64,000 nt of DNA, from contig CAYIWY010000006.1 in assembly GCA_964367355.1 (NCBI GenBank), forward strand, positions 15,968 through 79,967. Reading direction: 5' to 3'. A model generated the notes under the pieces. The model searched no databases. It was not told the DNA's origin and saw nothing but the letters and a program-made list of their open reading frames with translations. Both the position numbers and the translations under genes were made by a program. Of this stretch, positions 48,299-58,705 are shown in pieces; positions within the stretch are counted from its first letter, which is position 1; each line of letters opens with the position of its first letter. The DNA is from an uncultured Gammaproteobacteria bacterium. Its GTDB lineage: Bacteria; Patescibacteriota; Microgenomatia; Woykebacterales; RBG-16-39-9b.

Positions 48299-49012
48299 CT
48301 AAATATCCTCTGCCTTGTATATTTTCCAAACGTGTTTGGTCCGTGGACTATACTCAACTACTACCTCATCGCCTTCTTGAATGGAATCAAAGATTTTTCT
48401 CACCTCATCGTTATTAAATTGGCTGGAAAATATTATATTTCTGACTGTGATGTAATAATAAAATGGTTGATCTCCTTTTTTTCCATCCGTAGCTTTTTGC
48501 GCTCTTCCTTGAATTCCAAACACTGGTGAACGTAAATCTAAATAACTTGGTCGTTCTCTTAAAGAAATTTGGATGATCCACGCTTGAAGTGGGATAACAA
48601 GTGGCCCAAAAAACAGTATTAAAGATTCCTGCAAGTTAAGTGGGTTGGTATCTATGAGTTCTTTGATAATTGGAGGCAAAGTTATCATCAAAAATACGTC
48701 TATTACAAGGAGAAAAGGAATTATAGCCCAGGGAAAGTTTTTAAACCTTGAAAAGTTTCTGGATAATTTTGTAAGCTCTCTACTTTCTGCTTCAGTTAAA
48801 TCTCTTAAAATCCTAGCCTCTTCAATACCACCCTCTTGTAAAGTTTCAATTCTTTCCTCTTTTACAATTTCTTTAGACCTTATAACTTTTTTGGCAATAT
48901 AAATTATAACTAATATTGGAACAGTAACAGCAAAAAGAGGAATGATAAGAAAGATAATTACTAATAAGACTAAGGCAAAGATACCTTCAATGTTCGCTAA
49001 TAAACCATCCAT
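48299..49012 (-). CDS. Hypothetical membrane protein, paralog B
   Basis: RSPVFGIQGR ... VVVEYSPRTKHVWKIY shared with paralog A. Confidence 0.5.
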   Translation of the reverse strand: MDGLLANIEGIFALVLLVIIFLIIPLFAVTVPILVIIYIAKKVIRSKEIVKEERIETLQEGGIEEARILRDLTEAESRELTKLSRNFSRFKNFPWAIIPFLLVIDVFLMITLPPIIKELIDTNPLNLQESLILFFGPLVIPLQAWIIQISLRERPSYLDLRSPVFGIQGRAQKATDGKKGDQPFYYYITVRNIIFSSQFNNDEVRKIFDSIQEGDEVVVEYSPRTKHVWKIYKAEDI

Positions 49013-49015
49013 ACT

Positions 49016-49591
49016 CTAGATTTTAAACTTTTTGGAGAGAAAAGTGTTAAGGGTCTCTTGTTCTTTGGCCGGAAGCAGACCCAAAACACTGTGGAAGTAA
49101 CCCTGCACTATCAGTCTTTTTGACTCTATCTGACCTATTCCTTTACTCGTTAAATAAAAGAGTTGTTCGCTGTCAACTGGTCCAACAGTTGAAGCATGTC
49201 CCGCTTTAACTTCATTTTCATCGATCTCAAGGGAAGGAATTGCCTCGGCCTTGGCTTGTTTCGAAAGCAGTAGAGCGTCTTCGCGGAAGTAAGTGTTGGT
49301 GTTTTTCGCACCTTTTTTGATTTTTACTAACCCGTAAAAGTTACCAACAGCTTGGTCAGTCAAAACTGACTTTATTAAAGTATCCGAAAAAGTATCTTCA
49401 CCAACATGATAGATATTAATATTCAGTTTTACTTGATCAGAATTTGCCAAAAACAAAGCTCCGAGAATAGTAAGTCTCGATCCTCTACCCACAAGAGCTG
49501 CATTGACATTAATTTCCTCTGAACCTCCTGTCCAAACTAAAGGTAATATTTTTTCTTGATTTTCTTTTAAATTTAAATTAATGTTTTTCAT
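49016..49591 (-). CDS. sufD: SufD-like Fe-S assembly protein, short (C-terminal beta-helix region only)
   Basis: 191 aa; C-terminal AGHASTVGPVDSEQLFYL matches the SufB/SufD family. Confidence 0.65.
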   Translation of the reverse strand: MKNINLNLKENQEKILPLVWTGGSEEINVNAALVGRGSRLTILGALFLANSDQVKLNINIYHVGEDTFSDTLIKSVLTDQAVGNFYGLVKIKKGAKNTNTYFREDALLLSKQAKAEAIPSLEIDENEVKAGHASTVGPVDSEQLFYLTSKGIGQIESKRLIVQGYFHSVLGLLPAKEQETLNTFLSKKFKI

Positions 49592-50129
49592 TTAGGAACT
49601 TTTTTAATTTTTTCAAGGCTTCTTTTCGAGTGGAAACTTGATTTTTCTCTTCAGGAAGCATTTCTGCATAGGTTTTTTCAAAACCATCGGGTTGGAAAAT
49701 ACGATCCCATTCCCAACCATATTCACCTCTTTGCTCTTTTGTAATTGATCCTTTTGTGGTTGCTGAGAATACTTTTGCCCCTGATTCATCACAGTAACCA
49801 ATCGAAATTTTGACTTCTGCGGTTCTATTTTTTTCTCTATCCAACATATTTAAAAAACCATCTACACCAACAGTCTCTTTTGTAAACCAAACAATTAGCG
49901 CTCCTGGCAAACCTTGCCAGGCCACAATAGATAGAGAGGAATCCTCTACAATCAAAGGCTTTTTTAATCGCGCGTAAGCATCTTCAGCTTTTTTCAAAGC
50001 CACTTTATCTGAATCAAGTTCTTGGATTTCATGAATGTCCAGGTCCCTTGAATCAAGTACCATTCCAAGAATCTGGCCAAATTCTCGAACTTTATTTTGA
50101 TTACCAGTAACAAGAATTAAGTCTTTCAT
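49578..50129 (-). CDS. rdgB: Non-canonical purine NTP pyrophosphatase (RdgB/Ham1)
   Basis: LVTGNQNKVREF motif; 183 aa. Confidence 0.85.
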   Translation of the reverse strand: MKDLILVTGNQNKVREFGQILGMVLDSRDLDIHEIQELDSDKVALKKAEDAYARLKKPLIVEDSSLSIVAWQGLPGALIVWFTKETVGVDGFLNMLDREKNRTAEVKISIGYCDESGAKVFSATTKGSITKEQRGEYGWEWDRIFQPDGFEKTYAEMLPEEKNQVSTRKEALKKLKKFLNEKH

Positions 50130-51557
50130 TTAACCTACTGCTCCGATCATCTCAAGTTGAATCAAACGATTCAGTTCAAGAGCATATTCAAGTGGAAGTT
50201 CCTTAACGATTGGCTCAATGAATCCGTTGACGATCATTGAAGTTGCATCGTTCTCACTCATCCCCCGGCTCATTAAGTAAAAGAGTTGATCCTCACCGAT
50301 TTTGGAAACACTGGCTTCATGGCCAATATTGACATCTTCTTCATCAATTTGCATGGTTGGATAAGTATCACTGCGGGAATTGCCGTCAAGAATTAGAGCG
50401 TCGCAGCGAACGTTAGCTTTGACACCAGAGGCTCCTTTAATCACTTTCAACATTCCCCGGTAAGAAGTCCGACCACCGTCTTTGGAAATGGATTTGGAAA
50501 TAATTTGCGAACTAGTATCGGGCGCTAAGTGAATTGCTTTACCGCCAGCGTCTTGATGTTGGCCTTTACCTGCAAAAGCAACTGACAAGATTTCTCCCCG
50601 AGCGCCACGACCACGCAAGTAAACACTTGGATATTTCATCGTAATTTTTGAGCCGATGTTGCCGTCGACCCATTCCATAACCGCGTTTTCATCAACAAAG
50701 GCTCTTTTAGTGACTAGATTGTAAACATTATTGGACCAGTTTTGGATCGTGGTGTAGCGGAAGCGGGCGTTCTTTTTAACAAAAATTTCCACGACCGCCG
50801 CGTGGAGTGAATCAGTCGTATAAATCGGCGCGGTGCAACCTTCAACATAATGCGCCTGCGCTCCTTCATCAATAATGATTAAAGTCCGCTCAAATTGGCC
50901 CATGTTGGCCGCATTGATACGGAAGTAGGCCTGCAAGGGAACATCAACTTTAACTCCAGGCGGGACGTAAATAAAACTCCCACCGGACCAAACTGCAGAA
51001 TTTAAAGCAGCTAACTTATTGTCAGCTGGTGGAATTGCTTTGGCAAAATATTCTTTAAAAAACTCTGGGTATTTTTGTAATGCTGAATCAGTATCGAGAA
51101 AAATTACCCCCTTTTTCTCCCACTCTTTTTTGATCGAGTGGTAGATTACTTCACTGTCGTACTGAGCACCAACTCCAGCCAAAAGCTTTTTTTCAGCTTC
51201 GGGAATTCCAATCTTGTCATAAGTATCACGAATTTCTTCCGGTAAATCTTCCCAGGTTTTGCTCTGCTTCTCAGTTGGCTTAATATAATAATAAATATCG
51301 TCGTAATTAATGGTTGAAAGGTCAGCACCCCAAGTTGGTTGCTTTTTTGCTTCAAAAATCTTCAAGGCCTTCAATCGAAAATCCAGCATCCACTCCGGTT
51401 CGCTCTTGTGAGCGGAGATTTCCTGGACAACACTCTCATCTAAACCTTTTTTCGATTTAAAAAAAGAAATATCTTTTTTTGCGAACCCGTACTTTTCGCG
51501 GTATGTTTGATTAATTTCAACCTGTGCAACTTTTGGCATATTGTTTTCATTTGTCAT
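50130..51557 (-). CDS. sufB: Fe-S cluster assembly protein SufB
   Basis: 475 aa from [10 protein letters not shown]; SufB family throughout; the longer ORF to 51608 would read through the palindromic element. Confidence 0.9.
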   Translation of the reverse strand: MTNENNMPKVAQVEINQTYREKYGFAKKDISFFKSKKGLDESVVQEISAHKSEPEWMLDFRLKALKIFEAKKQPTWGADLSTINYDDIYYYIKPTEKQSKTWEDLPEEIRDTYDKIGIPEAEKKLLAGVGAQYDSEVIYHSIKKEWEKKGVIFLDTDSALQKYPEFFKEYFAKAIPPADNKLAALNSAVWSGGSFIYVPPGVKVDVPLQAYFRINAANMGQFERTLIIIDEGAQAHYVEGCTAPIYTTDSLHAAVVEIFVKKNARFRYTTIQNWSNNVYNLVTKRAFVDENAVMEWVDGNIGSKITMKYPSVYLRGRGARGEILSVAFAGKGQHQDAGGKAIHLAPDTSSQIISKSISKDGGRTSYRGMLKVIKGASGVKANVRCDALILDGNSRSDTYPTMQIDEEDVNIGHEASVSKIGEDQLFYLMSRGMSENDATSMIVNGFIEPIVKELPLEYALELNRLIQLEMIGAVG

Positions 51558-51607
51558 CTCGAACGTCAGTGAGAGATCTCTCGTCACCAGCGCTCCTCGA
51601 GATGACA
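51552..51607. repeat. Nested palindromic element, copy B, between the sufC stop and sufB start
   Basis: TGTCATCTCGA ... GAGAGATCTCTC ... TCGAGATGACA; first arm overlaps the sufB ATG, last arm overlaps the sufC TAA. Confidence 0.6.
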
Positions 51608-52330
51608 TTACATCTGAGCGTAACCAGTACTTTCAATCTCTTCAGCTAGTTTATAGTCCCCGCTTTTGACAATCTTGCCGTCAACCAGGATGTGGACAAA
51701 GTCTGGCTTGACGTACTTCAAAATTCGCTGGTAATGGGTGATTAACAAAATCCCAATCTCAGATCCGGCAACATTACTAATGCCTTTTGAAACGGTTTTG
51801 AGTGCGTCAACATCCAGTCCGGAATCAGTTTCGTCGAGAATCGCGTATTTTGGCTTTAAAATGGAGAGTTGCAAAATTTCTGCCTTCTTCTTCTCTCCTC
51901 CGGAAAAGCCATCATTAATACTTCGAGTTAAGAACTTTTCGTCCATTTTTAGATTTTTCATTTCCTTTTTTACTATTTTTTGAAACTCAAGGGCTGACAC
52001 TTGTTGACTCTCGAGATTTTTGTTAGCGGATCGAAGTAGGTTGAAGACAGAAACCCCAGGTACAGCCACCGGGTACTGCATTGCTAAAAACAAACCGAGT
52101 TTAGCTCGTTTGTCTGGAGTTATTAAATTAATGTTTCTACCGTCAAGAAGTATTTTCCCGGCAGTTATTTTGTAGCGCGGATGCCCCATTAACGCTAATG
52201 ACAAAGAGGATTTCCCCGAACCGTTCGGTCCCATGACGGCGTGAACCTCACCTTTATTTATTTTAAGGTTAACGCCTTTAAGGATTTCTTTGTTGTCAGT
52301 CGAAACGTGGAGGTTTTTAATTTCCAACAT
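51608..52330 (-). CDS. sufC: Fe-S cluster assembly ATPase SufC
   Basis: Walker [10 protein letters not shown]; ABC signature; start at MLEIKNLHV. Confidence 0.9.
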   Translation of the reverse strand: MLEIKNLHVSTDNKEILKGVNLKINKGEVHAVMGPNGSGKSSLSLALMGHPRYKITAGKILLDGRNINLITPDKRAKLGLFLAMQYPVAVPGVSVFNLLRSANKNLESQQVSALEFQKIVKKEMKNLKMDEKFLTRSINDGFSGGEKKKAEILQLSILKPKYAILDETDSGLDVDALKTVSKGISNVAGSEIGILLITHYQRILKYVKPDFVHILVDGKIVKSGDYKLAEEIESTGYAQM

Positions 52331-52402
52331 ATAGTAAACAAGAATACAAGAGAAACAAGTTTTAGGCAAACTCTTCTGGATTGGTAACAAAAAGAATGTA
52401 GT

Positions 52403-52624
52403 TCATTTTTGTTTTCCTTTATTCAACCATTCGAGAAACCACTTTACAATCATTATCAAAACAAATACCCAGCTAAAATAATAAGCAAACAATACATACG
52501 TTCCTAAGATAAGTAAATCAATTGTAACTTTTTGAAGTTCATGTGGGAATAGAAGTTCATAAAGAATAGAAGTTGTTGAAAAAAGTAAATAAATTATCAA
52601 TAAGGCGAAGATTAGTTTTTTCAT
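52403..52624 (-). CDS. Small two-TM membrane protein
   Basis: 73 aa hydrophobic ORF. Confidence 0.35.
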   Translation of the reverse strand: MKKLIFALLIIYLLFSTTSILYELLFPHELQKVTIDLLILGTYVLFAYYFSWVFVLIMIVKWFLEWLNKGKQK

Positions 52625-52678
52625 TAATTTTTTATCACCTCTAAACTTCTTTTTGTTACAAAGGTTGATAAATATTGT

Positions 52679-52888
52679 TTAAGGAAAGATTTGTTTACCA
52701 TTTTCGTCTTCGAGAATAATCGCTAAAACCGGACAGCTTTTAGCAGCGTCAATAATTCTGTCATCTGGTGCTCCGTTTGGATCCTTAACCACAGCTTTTA
52801 GCTCGCTATCCAACTCGAAAACCTCTGGAGCAATGACACTGCAAGTTCCAGCACCAATACAAAGATTTCTATCAATTTTTACTTTCAT
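52679..52888 (-). CDS. Small single-cluster ferredoxin (paralog of 41582-41797)
   Basis: 69 aa; near-identical Cys spacing and length to the first ferredoxin. Confidence 0.7.
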   Translation of the reverse strand: MKVKIDRNLCIGAGTCSVIAPEVFELDSELKAVVKDPNGAPDDRIIDAAKSCPVLAIILEDENGKQIFP

Positions 52889-52921
52889 TCTCTTCCTTTT
52901 GATGAATGCAACATTCTGATT

Positions 52922-53845
52922 TTACCTTTCACGTAAAGCCTTTCGTAAAACCTTGCCTTGTCTGTATAAAACTGCAAGAGCTTGTTTTAACCAAACTTGA
53001 ATTTGTCTTTGATGATAAACGACAAAGTAAGCAATACTAGCATAAATAATCCCAGCAATAACATCAATGACATAGTGTTCTCCCAAATAAACAACCGAGA
53101 TCCAAACTAATACGGGGTAAATAAGGAAAGTATAACCAACCTTCTTATTAAAGCTTCTCAGTGCCAAAAAAGCCAACCAAGGGTAGGCTGAGTGCAAGCT
53201 TGGCATAGCCGCTACTTGATTTGGGTTGAGCTGGTGGTAAATTGTCGATAAATCCCAACCCCAGCCAATCTGAGAAATAACAATGTCAATTATTTTTTTG
53301 ATCTCGATTAGATGAGCGTTCTGAGCGGCATACCAAGGTGGGGCTGCGGGATAAAATAAAAAAGTGATAAATCCTGAAAACGATAGGAAAAGGAGAGCAA
53401 TTACAAATTTCCAATAAGACTTTTTGTCCTTTATCCATAAATAAAACGCAACAACTAAAGGCAGTGGAAAATGAAGAAAATCAATAATTACAGCGGCAAT
53501 ATCCCAAGGTGCAATCTGGGCTGGATTGAAAAAGATTTTTTGCAGTTCAACGCCAGGTAAAAAACCAAAGAGTGACTGTTCCAGATTCACTAATTCGGCA
53601 ATATGCACCTTAAAACCAGCTGTATCAACAAAACCACGCAGCATCTCATAGCTAAGCAATAAAGCGATGAAGGGTACCCAGTCTCTTAAAAAACTTTTGG
53701 TCCGACCAATTATCACTGCCCCGAAAAGTAGGATAACAAAAAACCGGTCTGGGGTAATCGAAATATTGCGGCTCAACATAAAAAATACAATCGAGAGCAA
53801 ATACCCGATTAATAAAATATTGATGATTTTATTACGCTCAAACAT
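52922..53845 (-). CDS. PAP2-superfamily integral membrane protein (Aur1/Ipt1-like inositol phosphotransferase-like)
   Basis: PSLHSAYPW (PSGH-like) and HYVIDV motifs; polytopic. Confidence 0.55.
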   Translation of the reverse strand: MFERNKIINILLIGYLLSIVFFMLSRNISITPDRFFVILLFGAVIIGRTKSFLRDWVPFIALLLSYEMLRGFVDTAGFKVHIAELVNLEQSLFGFLPGVELQKIFFNPAQIAPWDIAAVIIDFLHFPLPLVVAFYLWIKDKKSYWKFVIALLFLSFSGFITFLFYPAAPPWYAAQNAHLIEIKKIIDIVISQIGWGWDLSTIYHQLNPNQVAAMPSLHSAYPWLAFLALRSFNKKVGYTFLIYPVLVWISVVYLGEHYVIDVIAGIIYASIAYFVVYHQRQIQVWLKQALAVLYRQGKVLRKALRER

Positions 53846-53892
53846 TTAATTATCTTATTAAAGGCAAGCTATTTTATTTTTGGCAAAAGAAA

Positions 53893-54699
53893 TTACCAAG
53901 TTCCAAATTTCTGTAAATATTCTTCAAGAATCAGACCTGCGTTAACCATTGTTTGGGCATTATTAACGCCAATATAGCGAAAGTGCCAGGGTTCATAACT
54001 ATAACCTGTCACTGTTTCTTTTCCAGCAGGATAACTAATAACAAACCCATATTTATAAGAATTGCCCTCTAACCACATCCCCTCTGGGGTCTTACCAAAA
54101 CTATCGCTAAAAGTTGATTTTCCGACTGCCCCAATATCAACCGCAGTACCTAATTGATGTTGACTGAAACCAGGCTTGGCACTAAAACTCTCAGCGTTTT
54201 TTAGTCCAGCTGAAGCAACCCACCCATTAAAAACACTTACCTGGTCTTGGTAGGAGCGATAGGCTGAAACAATTGTCAGATCAAGCCCTTCGCTTTTTGC
54301 CGCAGCAAGCATTTGTAGTAACTTATCAGCTGTTTCAACTCGCAATTTTGCACCGGTAAAACCCGAGATATCAACTAAATCAGCTGGGGCATAACTTGAT
54401 GGAAGTCGAATCTTTTTATTAATCAAAACTAGCAAATTATCCCCTTTATCTGTGGTGACAATGGTGATGGGTAGAACAACTTTGGCTCCCAAAATCTGAT
54501 CTTTGATACTAACAGCCGCGACACTGGCTTCTGGTTTAGTAAATTTACGATTATTTAAAGTAGTCGTCACTTCTGGTTTTAACTGACCGTAAATTCCAGC
54601 TTTACCAAGGGGCCAATTAACAATGTAGAAATACCCTCCAAAAATTGCTAGGATTAAAACTACAACCGGAATCAAAATTAAAATAATCTTTTTACTCAT
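53893..54699 (-). CDS. Peptidase M15 (VanY-like D,D-carboxypeptidase)
   Basis: SAYRSYQDQ ... SQHQLGTAVDI ... EPWHFRY zinc-site motifs; N-terminal TM. Confidence 0.75.
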   Translation of the reverse strand: MSKKIILILIPVVVLILAIFGGYFYIVNWPLGKAGIYGQLKPEVTTTLNNRKFTKPEASVAAVSIKDQILGAKVVLPITIVTTDKGDNLLVLINKKIRLPSSYAPADLVDISGFTGAKLRVETADKLLQMLAAAKSEGLDLTIVSAYRSYQDQVSVFNGWVASAGLKNAESFSAKPGFSQHQLGTAVDIGAVGKSTFSDSFGKTPEGMWLEGNSYKYGFVISYPAGKETVTGYSYEPWHFRYIGVNNAQTMVNAGLILEEYLQKFGTW

Positions 54700-56657
54700 T
54701 TCTTACTCTTTTTAAGTAATTTGGCTACAAACAACAATAATAGGCTTACAAAACTTACGCTACCAGCTAAATATTGGTACCAAAGTATTTCATATTTGAA
54801 AGCAATTTGGCCACTTGCCACAACTGTCATAAAATTTGGGCTGGTTTGGTAAATCTTAATCGGCTTACCGTTTTGATATGCCCTCCAATTTGGAGAGTAG
54901 GAGAATTTTACTAAAATTGGCTGCTTTAATTTTGAGTTTGAGTTCAGAGTAAAACTGCTCCAATTTTTATTATGCCGAGTTACAGTAATTTCTACAGAGT
55001 CGGCTGTTCGCTGAGGTAGTGCTTTCTCGTTCTTATTGATCTTAATTAATAACTCATTTAAAGCTCCTTTTTCTACCCACCACTCCCGGACCCTAGAGCT
55101 CCAGTTTGCTTTTATTGAAGTTAATTTGTATTTTGGGACTTCAGCTAGATTTTGTTCTTCTCTCGCGATAACAAAAAGGTCTAAACTGTTGTTTCTTGAT
55201 TGTTTAAAAAAGTTTGTGTAGAGAAGCCCTTCGACCCCAAATAAATCGAGGGCAGTTTTTAATCGACCTGTATCGATTGTTTTTTCTTCAATCAGGTTTG
55301 TCTTCGCCCTGGAATAATCTTCGGGAGAAAAGCTACGAATCAAAGAGCCGATAAACGGCCCATTTTGGTTCGCGTCAGAAAACAAACCATAAGCCCAGGG
55401 GGAATTCTTTGTAATCTGAAGTTTAGTTTGTGCTGAATAAATAAAAGGGTAGACCCTATTTCGACTAAAGGTTTCAAGAAACCGACCTGTTATTTTGTCG
55501 GGATTTAAGATCTTGGTTTGATCTTTGGCAACTAAAACCGGGGATCTAAGTACAAAGATCAAAAATCCGGCGATTATCGGGGCAAAGGCTAAAAAGTACA
55601 ATCTTGATTTCACTTTTCCAAGATTGGTGTATAACCAGGTCACGGGAAAATAACTAACTAAAACGGCAGTTAAAATAAACTCGTAGATCTGAAGACGGTA
55701 GAGATGGAAATTGTAAATTCGGTCAAATATGTAGGTGCCGGTTAGTAGTTTCTCGACAAAATAATCAGTGGCAGTAAGTAAACTTAAAAGAATCACGCAA
55801 AAAGCAATTATCTGGACCGACTCCCTCTTTTTCTTTGATCGATAGAGAAAAATCGTCAAGGCAACTAATAAACAAGCAATATTCGGCAACCCAAGAGAGC
55901 TTAGGTGGACACTGGAACTTATTTGCCCACTTTGTAAAATAAACGGCAGCCACCAGAACGCTGTCAGCAAAATAACACTAGTAAAGTGTAACAAATAATC
56001 TTTTATTGGTTTTCTGCCAACTACTTCTTTTGCTAACACCGAGATTAAAAAAATAATTGCGAAAAAACCAGCCACAAGATGAGTTAATACAACTAAAACC
56101 AGAAATAGTGTCGGCCAAAAGAGCCCAATCTTTCTTAGACGCAGTAAACTTCCAAGATAGGCAAAAACGAGTGGTGTGGAAACAAAACTTGGCAATAAAC
56201 CAACCTGAAAAAGTGCCTTCAAATCCGCGCCGAGGTAACCGGGTAGAAGAATTAACAGTAAAATCAGCAAACCAGAGACCAAAATTCTTTCTCGAATATC
56301 TTTGAAAATCGAAGCTATAAAATAATAAATGGCTGGTGGTAAAGTTAGAAGGGAAAGAGAAACAACTATTTTGGCTGCAATCTCTAGCTCAAAGAAAAAA
56401 TTTAAACTAGCCACTAGATAATGAAACAATGGTGGGTAGAATCTGCCTTGATCAAAACCAAGTAAGCTCAAAAAGTTCCAACCAGTGAAATGGGGCCAAA
56501 GATAGTTTTTCAAATACCAAGCCAAACCCACATGTCCTGAAGCATCATAAACAGCCAAACCATCGCGGGTAACATAAACGTAGACAAAGTAGGTGAAGGG
56601 TAAAATTAAAAACCCAACTAAGATAAGTTCCCAGTGCTTTTTAATTTGTGAAATCAT
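54696..56657 (-). CDS. Large polytopic membrane protein, possible GT-C-type glycosyltransferase
   Basis: 653 aa, more than 12 TMs, then a soluble C-terminal domain; no firm motif. Confidence 0.45.
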   Translation of the reverse strand: MISQIKKHWELILVGFLILPFTYFVYVYVTRDGLAVYDASGHVGLAWYLKNYLWPHFTGWNFLSLLGFDQGRFYPPLFHYLVASLNFFFELEIAAKIVVSLSLLTLPPAIYYFIASIFKDIRERILVSGLLILLLILLPGYLGADLKALFQVGLLPSFVSTPLVFAYLGSLLRLRKIGLFWPTLFLVLVVLTHLVAGFFAIIFLISVLAKEVVGRKPIKDYLLHFTSVILLTAFWWLPFILQSGQISSSVHLSSLGLPNIACLLVALTIFLYRSKKKRESVQIIAFCVILLSLLTATDYFVEKLLTGTYIFDRIYNFHLYRLQIYEFILTAVLVSYFPVTWLYTNLGKVKSRLYFLAFAPIIAGFLIFVLRSPVLVAKDQTKILNPDKITGRFLETFSRNRVYPFIYSAQTKLQITKNSPWAYGLFSDANQNGPFIGSLIRSFSPEDYSRAKTNLIEEKTIDTGRLKTALDLFGVEGLLYTNFFKQSRNNSLDLFVIAREEQNLAEVPKYKLTSIKANWSSRVREWWVEKGALNELLIKINKNEKALPQRTADSVEITVTRHNKNWSSFTLNSNSKLKQPILVKFSYSPNWRAYQNGKPIKIYQTSPNFMTVVASGQIAFKYEILWYQYLAGSVSFVSLLLLFVAKLLKKSKK

Positions 56658-57691
56658 ATTTTCAGTCTTTTTAACAAGCCTCTTGCCTGCTCGATAGTTG
56701 TCCCAAGATAGTAGGCTTTATTCAGAACTAAATCATAAGGTTTTTGGTAATAAACCTTCTTCCCTCCAAAACTTCTCTTGAATTCAGTGACCCCAGCCCA
56801 GGTATCGTTTGGATTATTATCTTTCGCTACTCCCCAAAAATCATACTTTGAAAAACCAGATTTTTTGGCATCTTCAATAATTTTCCATTGCATTAGGTAA
56901 GGCGCTCGCAGTTTCGGACTTTTCGAACTACTGGCAGCATGCAGGTACGTGACAGTATCGCCAAAGTAAATTACAATTGCGCAAGCTAGTATGTCTTGTC
57001 CAAACTCTTCTGGTTCATAAGCTAAAAACAATTTAGCCCTACTGCTGTTTTTAAAGGCAAGATACTGTTCTTTGTAGTAATCTTTATTTCTATAAAGATT
57101 GAAGTTATGGCGAATGGCAGTTTCCGAAAGTAATTTATTGAACAAGACAATATCGCTTTCATCTTCACTAAGAGTGACTCTGACACCTTTCCGTTCAACC
57201 CAACCAATATTGTAACGGGTTGAGTCACTCAAGTTACTTCTTAACTCCTCGAGTGATTTGGTTAGATCCAAAGTTAAGCTACAAGCTGGCTGAGTAAAGA
57301 GCGGTGCTTGTCTAAAACCAAGTTCAGTTAACAAAGCTTGGTTCTTCTCGATAAGTGTTCTTGGGTCAAATCGGATAAAACTCGCCTTTTCTGACTTTGC
57401 AATATTTAATATAGCCTCGACTAGGCTTTTTAAGTCTTCTCCCCAGTTATTGATAATCGGACCACCCGGAATGTAAAAAAACTCACCAAGTCGAGTTTTT
57501 AGTTGGAGTATCTGACAAAAACTGTTTATTTTCCCGTTCGTTTTTATCCCTAAACGAAAAACTTTGTTACCAATTTTTTGGTGAAACTGACCAAACTCAA
57601 ATGCCTGCAAAAAACTTGCTCCTGACATTTCCGGAAGTGAGTTGTTCCACATCTGTTGGTTTTCGATTTCTTCCCAGACAACTTTGCTCAT
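56654..57691 (-). CDS. FemAB-family peptidyltransferase (peptidoglycan interpeptide bridge formation-like)
   Basis: Tandem GNAT-like fold pattern typical of FemX/FemAB; 345 aa. Confidence 0.6.
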   Translation of the reverse strand: MSKVVWEEIENQQMWNNSLPEMSGASFLQAFEFGQFHQKIGNKVFRLGIKTNGKINSFCQILQLKTRLGEFFYIPGGPIINNWGEDLKSLVEAILNIAKSEKASFIRFDPRTLIEKNQALLTELGFRQAPLFTQPACSLTLDLTKSLEELRSNLSDSTRYNIGWVERKGVRVTLSEDESDIVLFNKLLSETAIRHNFNLYRNKDYYKEQYLAFKNSSRAKLFLAYEPEEFGQDILACAIVIYFGDTVTYLHAASSSKSPKLRAPYLMQWKIIEDAKKSGFSKYDFWGVAKDNNPNDTWAGVTEFKRSFGGKKVYYQKPYDLVLNKAYYLGTTIEQARGLLKRLKI

Positions 57692-58632
57692 AAATTTTGG
57701 GTTCCGGCTTTTATTTCTGAAAGCAGTTCTTCTTTATTTATTTTCGCCAGTCCAACATACTTGTCTGCTGCTCCATAATAAACAAAAAAATTATCTCCTA
57801 CCTCAAGAGTTGCACAGGTAAAAACTACGTTTGGTGTTAACCCAATCTTTTCATAATCTGTTTCTGGTTCAAATATAGGCTGTTCTCCACGATAAATTAC
57901 TTTTTCGGGATTATTTAAATCAAGAATTAGTACTCCCAAACGGTAGACATGCTCCTTATCGACCCCATGATAAAAAATTAACCAACCGTAAGGTGTTTTG
58001 ATCGGTACACCACCATTTCCAACCCTTTCACTATCCCAAAAATTTTCTCTCGGGCTAAGGACAATTTTTTCCGTCTCCCATTTGACCATATCATCAGAAT
58101 AGCTTAGATAAACATTTGGATAAATTCGATGCATCAAAACAAATTTCTCATTTATTTTTTCCGGAAAAAGAACACCATCTTTTGTACCACGATCAAATAA
58201 AACGCCCTTTTTTTCAAAATTCTTAAAATCTTTTGTTGAGATAATGGACGGTCGAGTTCTCCAAGGAGCTGGGCGCAAACGCGATGGTGGGAGATCATTA
58301 CTTTTAGACTCTGCTTCATAGACTGATACCGCAGTGTAAACAATATAGTAAGTATCCTCGATTTTAGTGATACGTGGATCTTCTATCCCCAACCTTTCGT
58401 AGGGATTTTCTAAATCCCCCTCGAGTATCGCGTTGTCAAAACGTTGGAATTTTTGCCCATCGTTGCTCAGAGCAACACCGAAGCGCGAAATATTGTCTCC
58501 ACCGATTGCCCGATACAAAAGTACTATTTGATTATTGAAAATTGCCGCAGCGGGATTGAAGGTTGCTTGTATCTCCCACCAATTTGAAGTTGGGCTTAAG
58601 ATTGGGTTACCTGGAAAACGGATTAGTTTCAT
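57688..58632 (-). CDS. GH130 / DUF377-like beta-propeller glycosidase or phosphorylase
   Basis: MKLIRFPGNPIL ... ATFNPAA ... GIEDPRI motifs. Confidence 0.6.
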   Translation of the reverse strand: MKLIRFPGNPILSPTSNWWEIQATFNPAAAIFNNQIVLLYRAIGGDNISRFGVALSNDGQKFQRFDNAILEGDLENPYERLGIEDPRITKIEDTYYIVYTAVSVYEAESKSNDLPPSRLRPAPWRTRPSIISTKDFKNFEKKGVLFDRGTKDGVLFPEKINEKFVLMHRIYPNVYLSYSDDMVKWETEKIVLSPRENFWDSERVGNGGVPIKTPYGWLIFYHGVDKEHVYRLGVLILDLNNPEKVIYRGEQPIFEPETDYEKIGLTPNVVFTCATLEVGDNFFVYYGAADKYVGLAKINKEELLSEIKAGTQNL

Positions 58633-58705
58633 TGCACTAAGTATACTAAAACCCTTCTTTGGTGGACACTCACTAAAAAATATTGTTAGAATTTAGTAAC
58701 CGCCC

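Noticed and set aside
51558-51608. Longer SufB ORF ([17 protein letters not shown]...) and longer SufC ORF (MLPIQKSLPKTCFSCILVYY...)
   Set aside because: The extensions are not conserved-looking. The SufB extension is exactly the palindromic element, which also occurs in a non-coding context, and the SufC extension precedes the conserved [10 protein letters not shown]-terminus.
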